Source of the DNA: Candidatus Chewarchaeum aethiopicum
GTDB taxonomy: Archaea; Halobacteriota; Halobacteria; Halobacteriales; Hikarchaeaceae
Direction: 5' to 3'
Assembly: GCA_034190395.1 (NCBI GenBank)
Contig: JAXINS010000017.1
Location: 36,179-100,178 of the forward strand
DNA length: 64,000 nt
The notes under the pieces: generated by a model
The model's database searches: none
Told to the model about the DNA's origin: nothing
The model's input: only the letters and a program-made list of their open reading frames with translations
Made by a program: the position numbers and the translations under genes
Shown here: positions 40,232-51,141 of the stretch, in pieces
Layout: each line of letters begins with the position of its first letter
Numbering within the stretch: the stretch's first letter is position 1

Positions 40232-41379
40232 TACCCCGAAGTACCGATCGTCGCCGTCAAGGCGTTGACGATTCGATCGGCGTGTGAGCGCTCGAGGATC
40301 AACGGCGGCAGCAACCGCACGACCGTCCGACCGGCCGGCAGCGCGAGGATCTGTTCGTTCAATGCGAGGTCGCGGATCACGGGCGTCGCGCCCTGTTTGA
40401 CCTCGATACCCATCAACAGCCCCGAATGGCGCACCTCACGGACTGTATCGCCGAGGGCCGCCCGGAGCTCCTCGGCGAGATACGAGCCGATCTCCGCGGC
40501 ATGAGCGGGGATCGCCTCGTTGGTGATGGTCTCGATCGTCGCGTTCGCGGCCGCACAGATCGCCGGGCCGCCGCTGAACGTCGAGCCGTGGGAACCGGCG
40601 TTCTCGGCGATCCAGTCGGCCACCAGCGTCGCGCCCATCGGCAACCCGTTGGCGACGCCTTTGGCGGTGGTGATGATGTCAGGGACGACATCGGCCTGTT
40701 CGCACGCCCAGAAGGTGCCCGTCCGGCCGATGCCCGTCTGGACTTCATCGAGGATCAGTGCGGCCCCGGCCTCGGTGGTACACTCTCGGGCCGCCTGCAG
40801 GTAGGCCTCGGTCGCCGGGTTGACGCCGCCTTCACCCTGGATCGGTTCGAGGATGACGCCCGCCGTCCGATCGTCGATGGCGTCCTCGAGCGCCTCGACG
40901 TTGCCGTATTCGACGAACTCGACGTCCGCGAGCAACGGCTCGAACGGCTCGCGGTACTCGCTGGTCCAGGTCGTCGAGAGGGCACCCATCGTCCGGCCAT
41001 GGAACCCGCGGGTGGTCGCGATCAGCGTTGGTCGATCGGTCGCGCTCCGGGCGAACTTCAGCGCCGCCTCGTTGGCTTCGGTCCCGGAGTTACACAGCCA
41101 GACGTTCCGGAGGTCGCCGGGTGCGGTCGCGCCCAACTGCTCGTAGAGTCGCGTCCGCGGGGCGGTCGGATACGACGCCTGAACGTAGGTAAGCGTCTCG
41201 AGTTGATCGGTAACCCGATCGACGACCGCCGGATGGGAATGCCCGAGGGGGGTACACGCATAGCTCGCACCGACGTCGAGATATTCGGTGCCGTCGGTGT
41301 CGTAGAGATAGACGCCCTCGCCGCGGGTGATTTCGATCGGTTTCTCGGAGAACACAAACCCCTGCCCGTCCTCGGTCAT
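40231..41379 (-). CDS. lysJ: [LysW]-semialdehyde aminotransferase (class III)
   Basis: NSGTEANEAA, FHGRT, EPIQGEGG, DEVQTG, AKG, HGSTF. Confidence 0.92.
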   Translation of the reverse strand: MTEDGQGFVFSEKPIEITRGEGVYLYDTDGTEYLDVGASYACTPLGHSHPAVVDRVTDQLETLTYVQASYPTAPRTRLYEQLGATAPGDLRNVWLCNSGTEANEAALKFARSATDRPTLIATTRGFHGRTMGALSTTWTSEYREPFEPLLADVEFVEYGNVEALEDAIDDRTAGVILEPIQGEGGVNPATEAYLQAARECTTEAGAALILDEVQTGIGRTGTFWACEQADVVPDIITTAKGVANGLPMGATLVADWIAENAGSHGSTFSGGPAICAAANATIETITNEAIPAHAAEIGSYLAEELRAALGDTVREVRHSGLLMGIEVKQGATPVIRDLALNEQILALPAGRTVVRLLPPLILERSHADRIVNALTATIGTSG

Positions 41380-42236
41380 GCGTCGACACCCCCATCCTCG
41401 TCGGCCGGCAGTGCCGCGGCAGTGATCGTGGTTCCCGCCCCCGCGAGGGCGCTTTGGATCGGATCGGCCGCGTTCGCGTCGGCGATGGTGACCGACGGCG
41501 CACCACCTACAAGCGCCTCCTCGGCGGCCATGACCTTCCGGCCCATAAAGCCCTCAGCCGCCGTTTTGAGCTCGCGGTAGCCCGCCGGATCCTCGACCCG
41601 ATCGATAACCGTCGACGGATCGTCGGGATCGCGATAGACGCCGGTCGTATCGGTCAACAGGACGAGACGGGCATCGAGGGCGCCCGCGATGGCGGCCGCC
41701 GATCGATCCGCATCGGCGTTGACGGGCGTATAGGAGCCGTCCGACTCCTCGCCGAGCATTGGGACCGACGCCACTGGCGTGTAGCCGTCCGCAAGCAGCG
41801 TTTCCAAGAGCGTGGCGTTCACCGATTCGATCGAGCCCGAGTGATCCCCCCGGCGGATCTTCTTTTTGCCGTCCTCAAGCACCCGAACGGCGTTCTTTCG
41901 CGGACCGGTCAGCAGTTTGCCGTCGACACCGGACAACCCGACGGCATCGACGCCCTGGTTGTGGAGGCCGGCGACCAGATCGGTGTTGACCAACCCCGGC
42001 ATGACCATTTTGAAGACATCCATGGTCTCGCTATCCGTAAACCGACCGACGACGCCCGATGGCGTCTCGACGTATTCGGGGTCGATCCCCATCCGTTCTA
42101 AGGTCTCGTCCATGGCGGTCGAGCCGCCGTGGACGACGACGACCGATTCATCGTCCGATCGAAGGGCAGCGACGTCCGCAAGCGCCCCGGCGGGATCGAC
42201 CGCGGCAGCGCCGCCGATCTTGACGACGACGGTCAT
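41376..42236 (-). CDS. lysZ: [LysW]-glutamate/aminoadipate kinase
   Basis: VVKIGG, VHGGS, GRFTD, NADADR, GFMGRK. Confidence 0.92.
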   Translation of the reverse strand: MTVVVKIGGAAAVDPAGALADVAALRSDDESVVVVHGGSTAMDETLERMGIDPEYVETPSGVVGRFTDSETMDVFKMVMPGLVNTDLVAGLHNQGVDAVGLSGVDGKLLTGPRKNAVRVLEDGKKKIRRGDHSGSIESVNATLLETLLADGYTPVASVPMLGEESDGSYTPVNADADRSAAAIAGALDARLVLLTDTTGVYRDPDDPSTVIDRVEDPAGYRELKTAAEGFMGRKVMAAEEALVGGAPSVTIADANAADPIQSALAGAGTTITAAALPADEDGGVDA

Positions 42237-42237
42237 T

Positions 42238-43293
42238 TCAGGGCGCCCCCACGGGATGGAGTCCCTGAAACTCAAGGCCGGCTGTCTCCTCGAGCCCAAG
42301 GGCGATGTTCGTGGCCTGCAGCGCCTGACCGGCAGAGCCTTTCATCATGTTGTCGATGGCCGAAAACACGACCAGCCGGCCGTTACGTTCGTCGATCTCG
42401 AAGCCGACCTCGGCGTGGTTGGTGCCGGCGACGACCTTCGGTTCGGGATACCGGTAGACGCCACCGCCGCCGGCGACGAGCCGGACGAACGGTTCCTCAC
42501 CGTAGCGATCCCGATAGGCACCGAAGAGTTCGCGCTTCTCGGGGAGGTCGCCGTCCGGAAAGCAGTGACAGGTCGCCGCGGCACCACGGGTCATATCGAC
42601 GGCGTGGGCGGTAAACGAGACGCTCGCCCCCAGATAGGCCTCGATTTCGGCCTCGTGGCGGTGGCTCGTCGGCGCGTACGGCCGGACGATACCCGATCGT
42701 TCGGCGTGACTCGACGCCTCGCCGCCGCCGGAGCCACCCTCCGAAGAGCCAACCTTGACGTCGACGACGAGGTCGGCGGTCGGCGTCAGGACGCCGGCGT
42801 CGAACAGCGGGAGCAGGCCAATGATCGTCGCCGTCGAGTTACACCCGCCAACGGCGATGAAATCGGCGCCCGGAAGTCGGTCGCGATTGAGTTCCGGGAG
42901 CGCGTAGACGGCCTCAGTGATGAGCTCGGGCCGGTCGTGTTCGCCATACCATGTCTCGAACAGCTCGATGTCCGGCAACCGGAAGTCGGCCGAGAGATCG
43001 ACGACGACATCGCCGGCCGCCCGGAAGTCGTCGATCCGTTCCATCGACACGCCATGAGGAACCCCGGCGAACAACACGTCCACCGGTTCGAGGGTTTCGG
43101 GATCGGAAAAGCGCAGGTCCATGTGTCGGAGGTTCGGATGGACCGAGCCGACGGTCTTGTTGGCGAACCTCCGGCTGGTTGCCTGGGCGACCGAAAAAGC
43201 GGGATGACCATCGAGGAGCCGGAGGAGTTCCCCGCCAGTGAACCCGGACGCGCCGACGACACTGGCCGTATACGCTGGTGAGTCGTCGGCCAT
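42238..43293 (-). CDS. lysY: [LysW]-phosphate reductase (ArgC/LysY)
   Basis: VGASGFTGGELLRLL, DLSADFR, GGCNST, DNMMKGSAGQA. Confidence 0.93.
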   Translation of the reverse strand: MADDSPAYTASVVGASGFTGGELLRLLDGHPAFSVAQATSRRFANKTVGSVHPNLRHMDLRFSDPETLEPVDVLFAGVPHGVSMERIDDFRAAGDVVVDLSADFRLPDIELFETWYGEHDRPELITEAVYALPELNRDRLPGADFIAVGGCNSTATIIGLLPLFDAGVLTPTADLVVDVKVGSSEGGSGGGEASSHAERSGIVRPYAPTSHRHEAEIEAYLGASVSFTAHAVDMTRGAAATCHCFPDGDLPEKRELFGAYRDRYGEEPFVRLVAGGGGVYRYPEPKVVAGTNHAEVGFEIDERNGRLVVFSAIDNMMKGSAGQALQATNIALGLEETAGLEFQGLHPVGAP

Positions 43294-44156
43294 TACGCCG
43301 CCACCCCGCCGGTCGTTTTCGTCTCCAACCACTCGACAATGCGTTCGGGGACGTCGACATCGTCGGTCGTTCGATTGAGGGCCTTGAATTCGACGGTACT
43401 GTTGACCTCGTGGACGACGAAGTCATCGCCGTCCTCCATGAGATCGACGCCGAGCAAGCCGCCACCCACGGCCGCCGACGCTTGCTTGACTAACGTGCGG
43501 ACCCGATCGGGAACGGGAAACGGGTCGGTCGTGGCGCCCTTGGCGGCGTTGGTGAGCCAGTGGTCGGAACTGCGGATCATAGCAGCGATTGGGTCCCCGT
43601 CCGCCGAAAGGACTCTGATATCCCGCCCGGGTTTGTCGATGAATTCCTGGAGGTAGAACACCTTGTGTTCATAGCCGCCGAGCGTTTCCTTGTGTTCGAG
43701 GATTGCCTCGGCGGCGTCACGGGAATCGATCTTGGCGATCAGCCGTCCCCACGAGCCGGTGACCGGTTTGAGCACGCACGGATAGCCGAACCGTTCGATG
43801 ATCTCCATGGCCGACTCGCGGGTGAACGCCACTTCCGTGGTCGGCGTCGGGACGCCTGCGGCGAGGAGCGCGAGGCTGCCCTTGACCTTATCAGCACAGA
43901 TGTCGGCGGTTCGTGGCGGATTGACGACTGGAATACCGTAGGCGTCGATGAACCGTGTCGTGTACCGGCTCTGACTCGAGGAGAGACAACGGTTGATCAC
44001 GATATCCAGTTCCTCGACCGCCGCCGGTGGTCCTGCCAGTGGAAACGACAGAGTTCGCGTATCGATCGGGGCGACGTCGTGATCGCGCTCGCGAAGCGCC
44101 TCTAAGAGGAGCTTTTCGTCCTCACGGATACGTGAGTGTAAAACGCCGACGTGCAT
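43293..44156 (-). CDS. lysX: LysW ligase (LysX/ArgX, RimK-type ATP-grasp)
   Basis: [38 protein letters not shown]. Confidence 0.94.
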   Translation of the reverse strand: MHVGVLHSRIREDEKLLLEALRERDHDVAPIDTRTLSFPLAGPPAAVEELDIVINRCLSSSQSRYTTRFIDAYGIPVVNPPRTADICADKVKGSLALLAAGVPTPTTEVAFTRESAMEIIERFGYPCVLKPVTGSWGRLIAKIDSRDAAEAILEHKETLGGYEHKVFYLQEFIDKPGRDIRVLSADGDPIAAMIRSSDHWLTNAAKGATTDPFPVPDRVRTLVKQASAAVGGGLLGVDLMEDGDDFVVHEVNSTVEFKALNRTTDDVDVPERIVEWLETKTTGGVAA

Positions 44157-44159
44157 CGC

Positions 44160-44336
44160 CTACTCGCCCCAATCCGCTTCGAGTTCAGGCGCGGGCTCGA
44201 CGGTGATCGGGTCGAGATCGATCACTTCGAGCTCACCGCCGGAGATAGAACACTCACCGATTTCCCCCATCTCGACGTCGTCAGGCAAAGACAGCGTCTC
44301 CCCACACTCGACACAGCCAGTTCCTTGTGTTGCCAT
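44160..44336 (-). CDS. lysW: Amino-group carrier protein LysW (variant)
   Basis: 58 aa: CVEC...CSIS...ELEV...ELEADWGE, directly upstream of lysX. Confidence 0.9.
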   Translation of the reverse strand: MATQGTGCVECGETLSLPDDVEMGEIGECSISGGELEVIDLDPITVEPAPELEADWGE

Positions 44337-44460
44337 TACGCCACAGAGAACATCACCGATCAGCTTCAATCCATCGCAGTCATGGCCCGGGCTACTGGCA
44401 GAGGTAAGACGTAACCGTCGTTCAGAAATCCCTTTACCCACCCGTCGAATAGCGCTCTGC

Positions 44461-46212
44461 ATGTTCCTAGCGTTTCGCGAGGAGGTCGAGGACGCACTCG
44501 TCGGTGCCCTCGACAGCCTCGCGTTGCCGACCGGCGACCTCGGGATCGAGGAACCACCCGAGGATGTCGATGCGGTCTTGGCCTCGAGCGTTGCCTTCCG
44601 GTTGGCGAGCGAAGCTGGCGCCCCACCGCCGGCGATCGCCACGGACATCGCCGAGGCGATCGATGCCAGCGACTACGAGTACATCGAGACGGTCCAGACG
44701 CAGGGGCCGTACGTGAACTTCCTCCCCGGTGACGCCTACGTCCAAGGAACGCTCGAGGCCGCTCAGGACTCCTCGTGGGGTCATCTCCAAGACAAGGACA
44801 CCTCGGTCGTCGTCGAGCACACGAGCGCGAACCCGACGGGTCCGATCCACGTCGGGCGGGCCCGCAACCCGATTATCGGGGACGCCCTCGCGAACGTTCT
44901 CGAGTATGCGGGGTATGACGTCGAACGCCACTACTATGTCAACGACGCCGGCCGCCAGATGGCCGTCTTTACGTGGGCCTACGAGACCTTCGAAGAGGAC
45001 GATCTGCCGGCGCCCGAACGCGACCGGATCGAGTACGACCTCGTGCGGTACTACCGGAAGGGCAACGAGTTCCTCGAGACGGGCGATGAGGACGCCGTCG
45101 AGGCCGCCGAAGCCGAGATCCAACGGATCATGCAGGGGCTCGAAGCCGGTGATGAGGCCGTATACGAGCGGGTCAGCGAGGTCGTCGACCAGGTCCTTGG
45201 CGGCATGCAGGAGTGTCTCGAACGGCTGCCCGCGGAGTTCGACGAGTTCGTCAAAGAGACCCGGTTTATGCGGGACGGATCGACCGACGACATCGTCGAG
45301 CGGCTTCAGGAATCGGCCTACGCCGAGCGCGAGGAGGGGGCCTGGCAGCTCGTTCTCGAGGAGTGGGAGATGGAAAAACCGTTCGTCTTCGAACGCTCGG
45401 ATGGGACGACCCTCTATACGACCCGGGATCTGGCCCACCACGAATGGAAGTTCGCCAATTTCGACCGGGCGGTGACCGTCCTCGGGGAGGACCAGAGCCT
45501 CCATGCCAGCCAGCTTGAGGCCGCCCTCGAAATCCTCGGCAATGACACCGATCGACTCGCCTCAGTGTTGTACTCGTATGTCAACCTCCCCGAGGGCGAT
45601 ATGAGTACCCGTCGGGGTACCGGTATCGACCTCGATGACCTGCTCGATGAGGCGATCGATCGGGCCCGTGCGGAAGTCGAGAAACGCCTCGGCGACCGGA
45701 GCCGGGCCGGCGAACTCACCGAGGCCGATGTCGAACGGATCGCCCGCCAGGTCGGTGTGGGGGCCGTTCGGTTCGATATCGTCGCCACCCAGCCGAGCAA
45801 GGGGATCACCTTCGAGTGGGAGGAAGCCCTCGACTTCGAGGCCCAGTCGGCCCCGTACGTCCAGTATGTCCATGCCCGGTGTTGTGGAATCCTCGACAGC
45901 GCCGATGGGCTCCCGACGGAAGTTACGGCAACGGCGTTGACCGAACCCGAGGAGGAGCGGTTGATCCGCCAGATCGCTCGCTTCCCGTCGGTGGTCGAGG
46001 AGGCCGCCGCCGAATACAAACCCCATGCCGTCGCCTCCTACACCCGGGAGTTTGCCGAGGCGTTCAACACCTTCTATCGGGAGTGTCCAGTGCTCCACGA
46101 AAACGTCGACCCCACGGTCAGGGACGCCCGGCTCGCGCTCGTGGCGGCAGCCCGACAAACGGTCGCGAATGCCCTCGGGATTCTCGGCGTGGCCGCCCCG
46201 GAGTCGATGTGA
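44461..46212 (+). CDS. argS: Arginyl-tRNA synthetase
   Basis: [45 protein letters not shown] domain. Confidence 0.97.
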   Translation: MFLAFREEVEDALVGALDSLALPTGDLGIEEPPEDVDAVLASSVAFRLASEAGAPPPAIATDIAEAIDASDYEYIETVQTQGPYVNFLPGDAYVQGTLEAAQDSSWGHLQDKDTSVVVEHTSANPTGPIHVGRARNPIIGDALANVLEYAGYDVERHYYVNDAGRQMAVFTWAYETFEEDDLPAPERDRIEYDLVRYYRKGNEFLETGDEDAVEAAEAEIQRIMQGLEAGDEAVYERVSEVVDQVLGGMQECLERLPAEFDEFVKETRFMRDGSTDDIVERLQESAYAEREEGAWQLVLEEWEMEKPFVFERSDGTTLYTTRDLAHHEWKFANFDRAVTVLGEDQSLHASQLEAALEILGNDTDRLASVLYSYVNLPEGDMSTRRGTGIDLDDLLDEAIDRARAEVEKRLGDRSRAGELTEADVERIARQVGVGAVRFDIVATQPSKGITFEWEEALDFEAQSAPYVQYVHARCCGILDSADGLPTEVTATALTEPEEERLIRQIARFPSVVEEAAAEYKPHAVASYTREFAEAFNTFYRECPVLHENVDPTVRDARLALVAAARQTVANALGILGVAAPESM

Positions 46213-46343
46213 AGCTCGGCGAGCCGACGTAAGCCGGGTGAAATCGACGGAAACAACGCCGCTCTTCGACGAAAATAGCCATACAGCGGTGAGGGGACGG
46301 TTCGAAATGAATAAGTACCGAACGGCGAAAGGATCAACAAGTC

Positions 46344-47060
46344 ATGCTCCCGCCCATTAGTGCAGGGAATCCCGCCCTCAGAGTCCTGCAGGCCGGGGGA
46401 CTCCTGCCAACAGGGTCGCGCGTGGAGGTCTTCCGACAGATCTACTGGGTGTTTCTGATCCTCGGGACGATCGTCGGGATCGTCGTCATCTCCTACATGC
46501 TCTGGAACGCCTACAAGTACCGGGCAAGCCGGGATGATGGCGGTAAGGACGATGACGATCGCCCCGAGCTGGGTGAGCTCCCGACCGGCGGTGGCGGTGG
46601 CCGGAAGCTCTTCCTGTCGTTCGGGCTCAGTGCTCTCATCGTCATTTCGCTGATTATCTGGACCTACGGAACGTTGCTCTACGTCGAGAACGGCCCGAAT
46701 CAGGCCCAGGAGGACGCCCTCCAGATCGAGGTGACCGGCTTCCAGTTCGGATGGCGCTTTACGTATCCCAACGACTACACCACCTCCGGGACGCTCCGGG
46801 TGCCCGCCGATAAGACGATTCAAATAACGGTGACATCCGACGACGTCTTCCACAATTTCGCGATACCGGACTTACGGGTGAAATCCGACGCCATCCCCGG
46901 TCAGAAGACCAATACGTGGTTTATCGCCGAGGAGACGGGGACCTATCAGGCGAAGTGCTACGAGCTCTGTGGTGCAGGACATTCATATATGAACGCCGAG
47001 GTCATCGTCATGGAACCGGACGCGTTCCAGGAATGGTACCAGAACACATCAGCATCATAG
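46344..47060 (+). CDS. coxB: Heme-copper oxidase subunit II (CuA)
   Basis: Two TM helices, QFGWRF.Y, DVFH, CYELCGAGHSYM. Confidence 0.94.
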   Translation: MLPPISAGNPALRVLQAGGLLPTGSRVEVFRQIYWVFLILGTIVGIVVISYMLWNAYKYRASRDDGGKDDDDRPELGELPTGGGGGRKLFLSFGLSALIVISLIIWTYGTLLYVENGPNQAQEDALQIEVTGFQFGWRFTYPNDYTTSGTLRVPADKTIQITVTSDDVFHNFAIPDLRVKSDAIPGQKTNTWFIAEETGTYQAKCYELCGAGHSYMNAEVIVMEPDAFQEWYQNTSAS

Positions 47061-47064
47061 AACA

Positions 47065-49590
47065 ATGAGCGACGACACCACACAGACGGCGACCGACGGC
47101 GGCCACGCCGAGGCCGACTTACCGGCCACCGAGCACGCCGACGAGGAATCACACCACGACTTCCCGCCGATGAGCTCGATCAAACGGTGGTTCCTCACGA
47201 CGAATCACAAGGACATCGGGATCCTCTATATCGTGACGGCGCTGTTTTTCCTGTTTTTCGGCGGGATGCTCGCATTGCTGATGCGGATTCAGCTGCTCGC
47301 ACCGCGGGCCCCCGGCGAGGGCATCCTTTCTGCGGCCGCCTACAACCAGGCGGTATCAGCCCACGGGCTGTTGATGGTCTTTTGGTTCATCTCCCCGTTT
47401 GCGTTCGGGTTTGCGAACTACGTCACGCCGCTCCAAATCGGGGCAAAAGACCTCGCGTTCCCGCGGCTGAACGCACTGAGTTATTGGCTGTATCTGTTCT
47501 CGGGCGTGCTCTTTGGCGTCTCGTTCTTCCAGGGCAGTACCTTCGCCGGTGGGTGGACGATGTACGCCCCACTGAACACGCCGGCGTATATCCCAGATAG
47601 CGCCGTGGGCGCAACGTCGGTTGTGCTCGCACTCATTCTCTTTGTCGCCTCCGTGACCGTCTCATCGGTGAACTTCCTGGCGACGTTCCATCGGATGCGT
47701 GCCGATGGACTCCGGTTACGTGATCTCCCGATCTTCAGCTCCTCGATCCTGTTGACCGTCTGGATGATGCTGTTTGCCTTCGCGGCACTGCTGGCCGCGT
47801 TGATGATCCTCGGGGCCGATCACATCCTCGGAACGACGTACTTCACGTATGAACAGGCCGGCTCCCTGCTGTGGGCGCATCTGTTCTGGTTCTTCGGCCA
47901 CCCCGAGGTGTATATCGTCTTCTTCCCGGCGCTGGGAGCGATGGCGGAAGCCTTCCAGACGTTTACCGGCCGGCGGTTGGTCGGTCGGAAGTGGTTCATC
48001 GCCGCGATGGTGCTGGTGGCACTCCAGAGTTTCGTCGTCTGGATGCACCACATGTTCCTGACGAGCATCAACCTCGAGATCAAGACGCTGTTCATGGCGA
48101 CGACCATCGGGATTTCACTGCCCTTCGATCTGATGGTCTTCTCGCTAATCTACACGATGATCAAAGGCCGGGTGCGCTTTACGACGCCGTTCCTGTTTGC
48201 CTTCGGTGCGCTGTTGTTGTTCATCATCGGCGGGATCACCGGCGTCTTCCTCGGCGCGGTCGTCCTCGACTACGAGTTCCGGGGCACCTACTGGGTCGTC
48301 GCGCACTTCCACTATGTGATGGTCGGTGGGGCGACTGCCCTCTTTGGCGCGCTGTATTATTGGTATCCCAAGATGACCGGGAAGATGTACGACGAATTCC
48401 TCGGGAAACTCCATTTTGCGCTGTATTTCATCGGCTTTAATCTGCTGTACTTCCCGATGTTCGTCGTCTGGGAGACCCCCCGACGGGTCTTCGAGTACAA
48501 CCCGGCCTTTACCCCGTGGCATCAGGTCGCCACGATCGGTGGGTTCATCCTCGGAGGATCGATGCTGATCATGGTCTGGAACATGCTCAAGAGTCTCTGG
48601 GCGGGCGAGGACGCCGGGGACAACCCCTGGGAGTACTCCACCTCCGCCGAATGGGCAGTGTCCTCACCACCGGATCTGGAGAACTTCCCCGGGATTCCGA
48701 GTTACGCCAGCGGGCGGCTGTCGTTTTTGAGCGACGCGACCGAGACCGACGGCGGCCAGACCGCGACCGACGGCGGGGCAATGGTCACCGTCAGCGAGGC
48801 GGCCGAAGCCGCCCTCAGCGGCCACGGCCACGAGGAAGAACACGCCAGCCACGCCAGCATCTGGCCGTTTATGATCAGCCTCTCGATGTTCGTCGCCTTC
48901 CTCGGTCTCTCGGGCATCGGCCAGAGTGACTTCTACACTTGGACCGGCGTCTTGGGCGGCGTCATGCTGACCGGCTCGTTTATCGGCCTGGGCAAAGAGC
49001 GGTTCCACGCCCCCGAGCCGGCGCTTGCGGAGGCCTGGCCCTTCGAGAACATCGGGACCACGAAACTCGGGGTCTGGATCTTCCTGGCCTCGGATATCGT
49101 CCTCTTTGGGGCGTTCATCGGCTCGTATATCTTCATCCGCGTGGCCTTCGGTTGGACCGCCTGGGAACCAGTGCCCGATAACGTGATCCCCGGGTTGATG
49201 AACACCTACATCCTGCTGACCAGCAGTTTCACCGTCATTCTCGCGCTCGTCGCCGCCGAGAAGGAGAGCAAGTGGGGGCTGATCGCGAGTCTGGCAACGA
49301 CCTTCATCCTAGGGCTTGGCTTCCTCGGGAACAAGGCCATCGAGTGGCTCCACCTCTTCAACCATGGGGCGTGGCTCTCGACGAACATCCGGACCTCGAC
49401 GTTCTTCCTGACGACCGGCCTCCACGGCGCCCACGTCGTCGTGGGGCTGTTGATCACGCTGTGGTTGATCTACCGGGCGTTCCAGGGCGCCTATCTGGAC
49501 GACGAGCGACCGGTGGAGTTCTTCGGGCTCTACTGGCACTTCGTGGACATCGTCTGGCTGTTCCTGTTCCCGCTGTTTTACATCCTCTGA
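47065..49590 (+). CDS. coxAC: Heme-copper oxidase fused subunit I + III (A1-type)
   Basis: TTNHKDIG, FPRLN, GWTMY, FFGHPEVY, WMHHMF, AHFHY. C-terminal TGLHGAHV and LYWHFVD. Confidence 0.94.
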   Translation: MSDDTTQTATDGGHAEADLPATEHADEESHHDFPPMSSIKRWFLTTNHKDIGILYIVTALFFLFFGGMLALLMRIQLLAPRAPGEGILSAAAYNQAVSAHGLLMVFWFISPFAFGFANYVTPLQIGAKDLAFPRLNALSYWLYLFSGVLFGVSFFQGSTFAGGWTMYAPLNTPAYIPDSAVGATSVVLALILFVASVTVSSVNFLATFHRMRADGLRLRDLPIFSSSILLTVWMMLFAFAALLAALMILGADHILGTTYFTYEQAGSLLWAHLFWFFGHPEVYIVFFPALGAMAEAFQTFTGRRLVGRKWFIAAMVLVALQSFVVWMHHMFLTSINLEIKTLFMATTIGISLPFDLMVFSLIYTMIKGRVRFTTPFLFAFGALLLFIIGGITGVFLGAVVLDYEFRGTYWVVAHFHYVMVGGATALFGALYYWYPKMTGKMYDEFLGKLHFALYFIGFNLLYFPMFVVWETPRRVFEYNPAFTPWHQVATIGGFILGGSMLIMVWNMLKSLWAGEDAGDNPWEYSTSAEWAVSSPPDLENFPGIPSYASGRLSFLSDATETDGGQTATDGGAMVTVSEAAEAALSGHGHEEEHASHASIWPFMISLSMFVAFLGLSGIGQSDFYTWTGVLGGVMLTGSFIGLGKERFHAPEPALAEAWPFENIGTTKLGVWIFLASDIVLFGAFIGSYIFIRVAFGWTAWEPVPDNVIPGLMNTYILLTSSFTVILALVAAEKESKWGLIASLATTFILGLGFLGNKAIEWLHLFNHGAWLSTNIRTSTFFLTTGLHGAHVVVGLLITLWLIYRAFQGAYLDDERPVEFFGLYWHFVDIVWLFLFPLFYIL

Positions 49591-49599
49591 GGTGAGACA

Positions 49600-49860
49600 A
49601 TGGCATCAACAAAACTCTACAGCATCATTTACGTGATCCTGTTCGTCTTTGCGACGCTACAGGTCATCGTCGAGTTCATGGGGCTGAGCTACTGGATCGC
49701 GTTCGGCGCGATCATCATCCTCTCGTTCGTCAAGGCGGTGCTGGTCGCGGGCTACTACCAGCACCTCCGGTCGGAACCCCGGTCGGTGACGTATCTCGTC
49801 GGGGTCGGCCTGCTTGCGGCACTGGCACTGACGATCGCCGCCTCGTACTCGATCACGTAA
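49600..49860 (+). CDS. Heme-copper oxidase subunit IV
   Basis: Three TM helices, KAVLVAGYYQHL..E. Confidence 0.85.
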   Translation: MASTKLYSIIYVILFVFATLQVIVEFMGLSYWIAFGAIIILSFVKAVLVAGYYQHLRSEPRSVTYLVGVGLLAALALTIAASYSIT

Positions 49861-49956
49861 GCGGACCGGATCCCGCCGCTGGGATCGATAGACGGCGTAT
49901 CGATCGACGATCACGCTGACCGAACGATTAAGTGGGTTGACATCTGGTACCAAGGT

Positions 49957-50244
49957 ATGGGTCTCCTCGAGTGGGGGATCGTTGTTTTGGCGGTCTACCC
50001 CTTGCTCCAGCTCCCGGCCATGTGGTATCTCTCCTACCGGACGGAGATGGACGAGGAGACACGACAGGAACCCCGCCGTGGCTACGACAACTTCCGGGAG
50101 ATCCCGGCCGAAGAAGCCGCCGCTACTGAGTCGACAGCACAATCGGCGTCGCTTCCCGACGGGATCGTGGCGTGTACCGCGTGTGGGGCTCACAACAACA
50201 CCACGTATGCCTACTGCCGTGACTGCACCGCCCGTCTGGGCTGA
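49957..50244 (+). CDS. Membrane-anchored zinc-ribbon protein
   Basis: N-terminal TM helix and C-terminal CTACG..YCRDC. TATA ATTAAG ~27 nt upstream. Confidence 0.75.
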   Translation: MGLLEWGIVVLAVYPLLQLPAMWYLSYRTEMDEETRQEPRRGYDNFREIPAEEAAATESTAQSASLPDGIVACTACGAHNNTTYAYCRDCTARLG

Positions 50245-50277
50245 TCCGCTCGTGAGGGCGATACTGGAGATCGAACC

Positions 50278-50505
50278 ATGAACCGACCACGAGCCCAGGC
50301 GATCGGCATCGCGATCCTGTTGTCACTCCCGGTCTCCGTTGGAGTGTGGATGGGATCGCTCAAGATGCTCGGCGGCGGGCTCTTACATCCGCTGGTGATC
50401 GGCCCGGGAATCGTCGCCGGCCTTGGCGTGTTCGTGTTGGTGATCGCGACCGACGTGAGTGGCTCCGTCGACGAGGATCGACAACCGGGGGCACCGCCCG
50501 GATAG
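50278..50505 (+). CDS. Small two-TM membrane protein
   Basis: ATG with upstream GGAG, two hydrophobic helices. Confidence 0.6.
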   Translation: MNRPRAQAIGIAILLSLPVSVGVWMGSLKMLGGGLLHPLVIGPGIVAGLGVFVLVIATDVSGSVDEDRQPGAPPG

Positions 50506-50579
50506 CCCGTCGCCATCGGCATCCAGCGAGACGGACGGAGAACGGGTGACTTATGCCCCTCGCCGTCGGCACTCCGCCT

Positions 50580-50750
50580 ATGGACCGGGATGCGCTCGTC
50601 TTTGGCACGATGGTGCTCGGGGTGACAGTCGGGGTCGCGACACTGCTCTACGGCGAGTTCGCCCACGGCCTCGATGTGCTGGTGCCCATCGGCGGCGTGG
50701 TCGCACTCATCGGGGTCAGCGGGCTCGCAGCGGGTGTCGCGAGACTGTAA
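50580..50750 (+). CDS. Small two-TM membrane protein
   Basis: MDRDALVFG... with two hydrophobic helices. CTTATG ~27 nt upstream. Confidence 0.55.
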   Translation: MDRDALVFGTMVLGVTVGVATLLYGEFAHGLDVLVPIGGVVALIGVSGLAAGVARL

Positions 50751-50859
50751 CTGGATCGGATCCGATGGCCTTGTTTTTACCCCACGAAACCGATCGAACC
50801 CACCGACAGGTGCAACGGCAGCTACGGACAGCACCGTCGACACAGCCGACCCAGACGGA

Positions 50860-51135
50860 TCAGAAGCTCAAGACGACCATATAGACGAGTACGCCGACCG
50901 AGTACAGCACGCCGAGTGCGACGACGACCTTCATGTGAAAGAAAAACAGTTCGTCGCGTTCCTCCTCGTCGGCGGCCTCGTAGGCGCCCCACTCAGTCTC
51001 CGAACACTGGTCGGGATGTGACCGACCGAGATGGAGGTCACGACTTCGTTCAGACCGGAACGGCCGGTCACAGTACGGACACGTCGCGGCCGGCGTCTCA
51101 CCATCGGGCACCGCGGTGTCGATATCGGCTGTCAT
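50860..51135 (-). CDS. C2H2 zinc-finger protein with C-terminal TM helix
   Basis: CPYCDRPF....RDLHLGRSH plus a hydrophobic tail. Confidence 0.8.
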   Translation of the reverse strand: MTADIDTAVPDGETPAATCPYCDRPFRSERSRDLHLGRSHPDQCSETEWGAYEAADEEERDELFFFHMKVVVALGVLYSVGVLVYMVVLSF

Positions 51136-51141
51136 CGAGGA

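Noticed and set aside
44203..44460. N-terminal extensions in the ORF track (argS, carS, ribK, samp2, redoxin, GNAT, lysW and others)
   Set aside because: They overlap neighbouring genes or promoters. Homology-like sequence starts at the downstream ATG or GTG.
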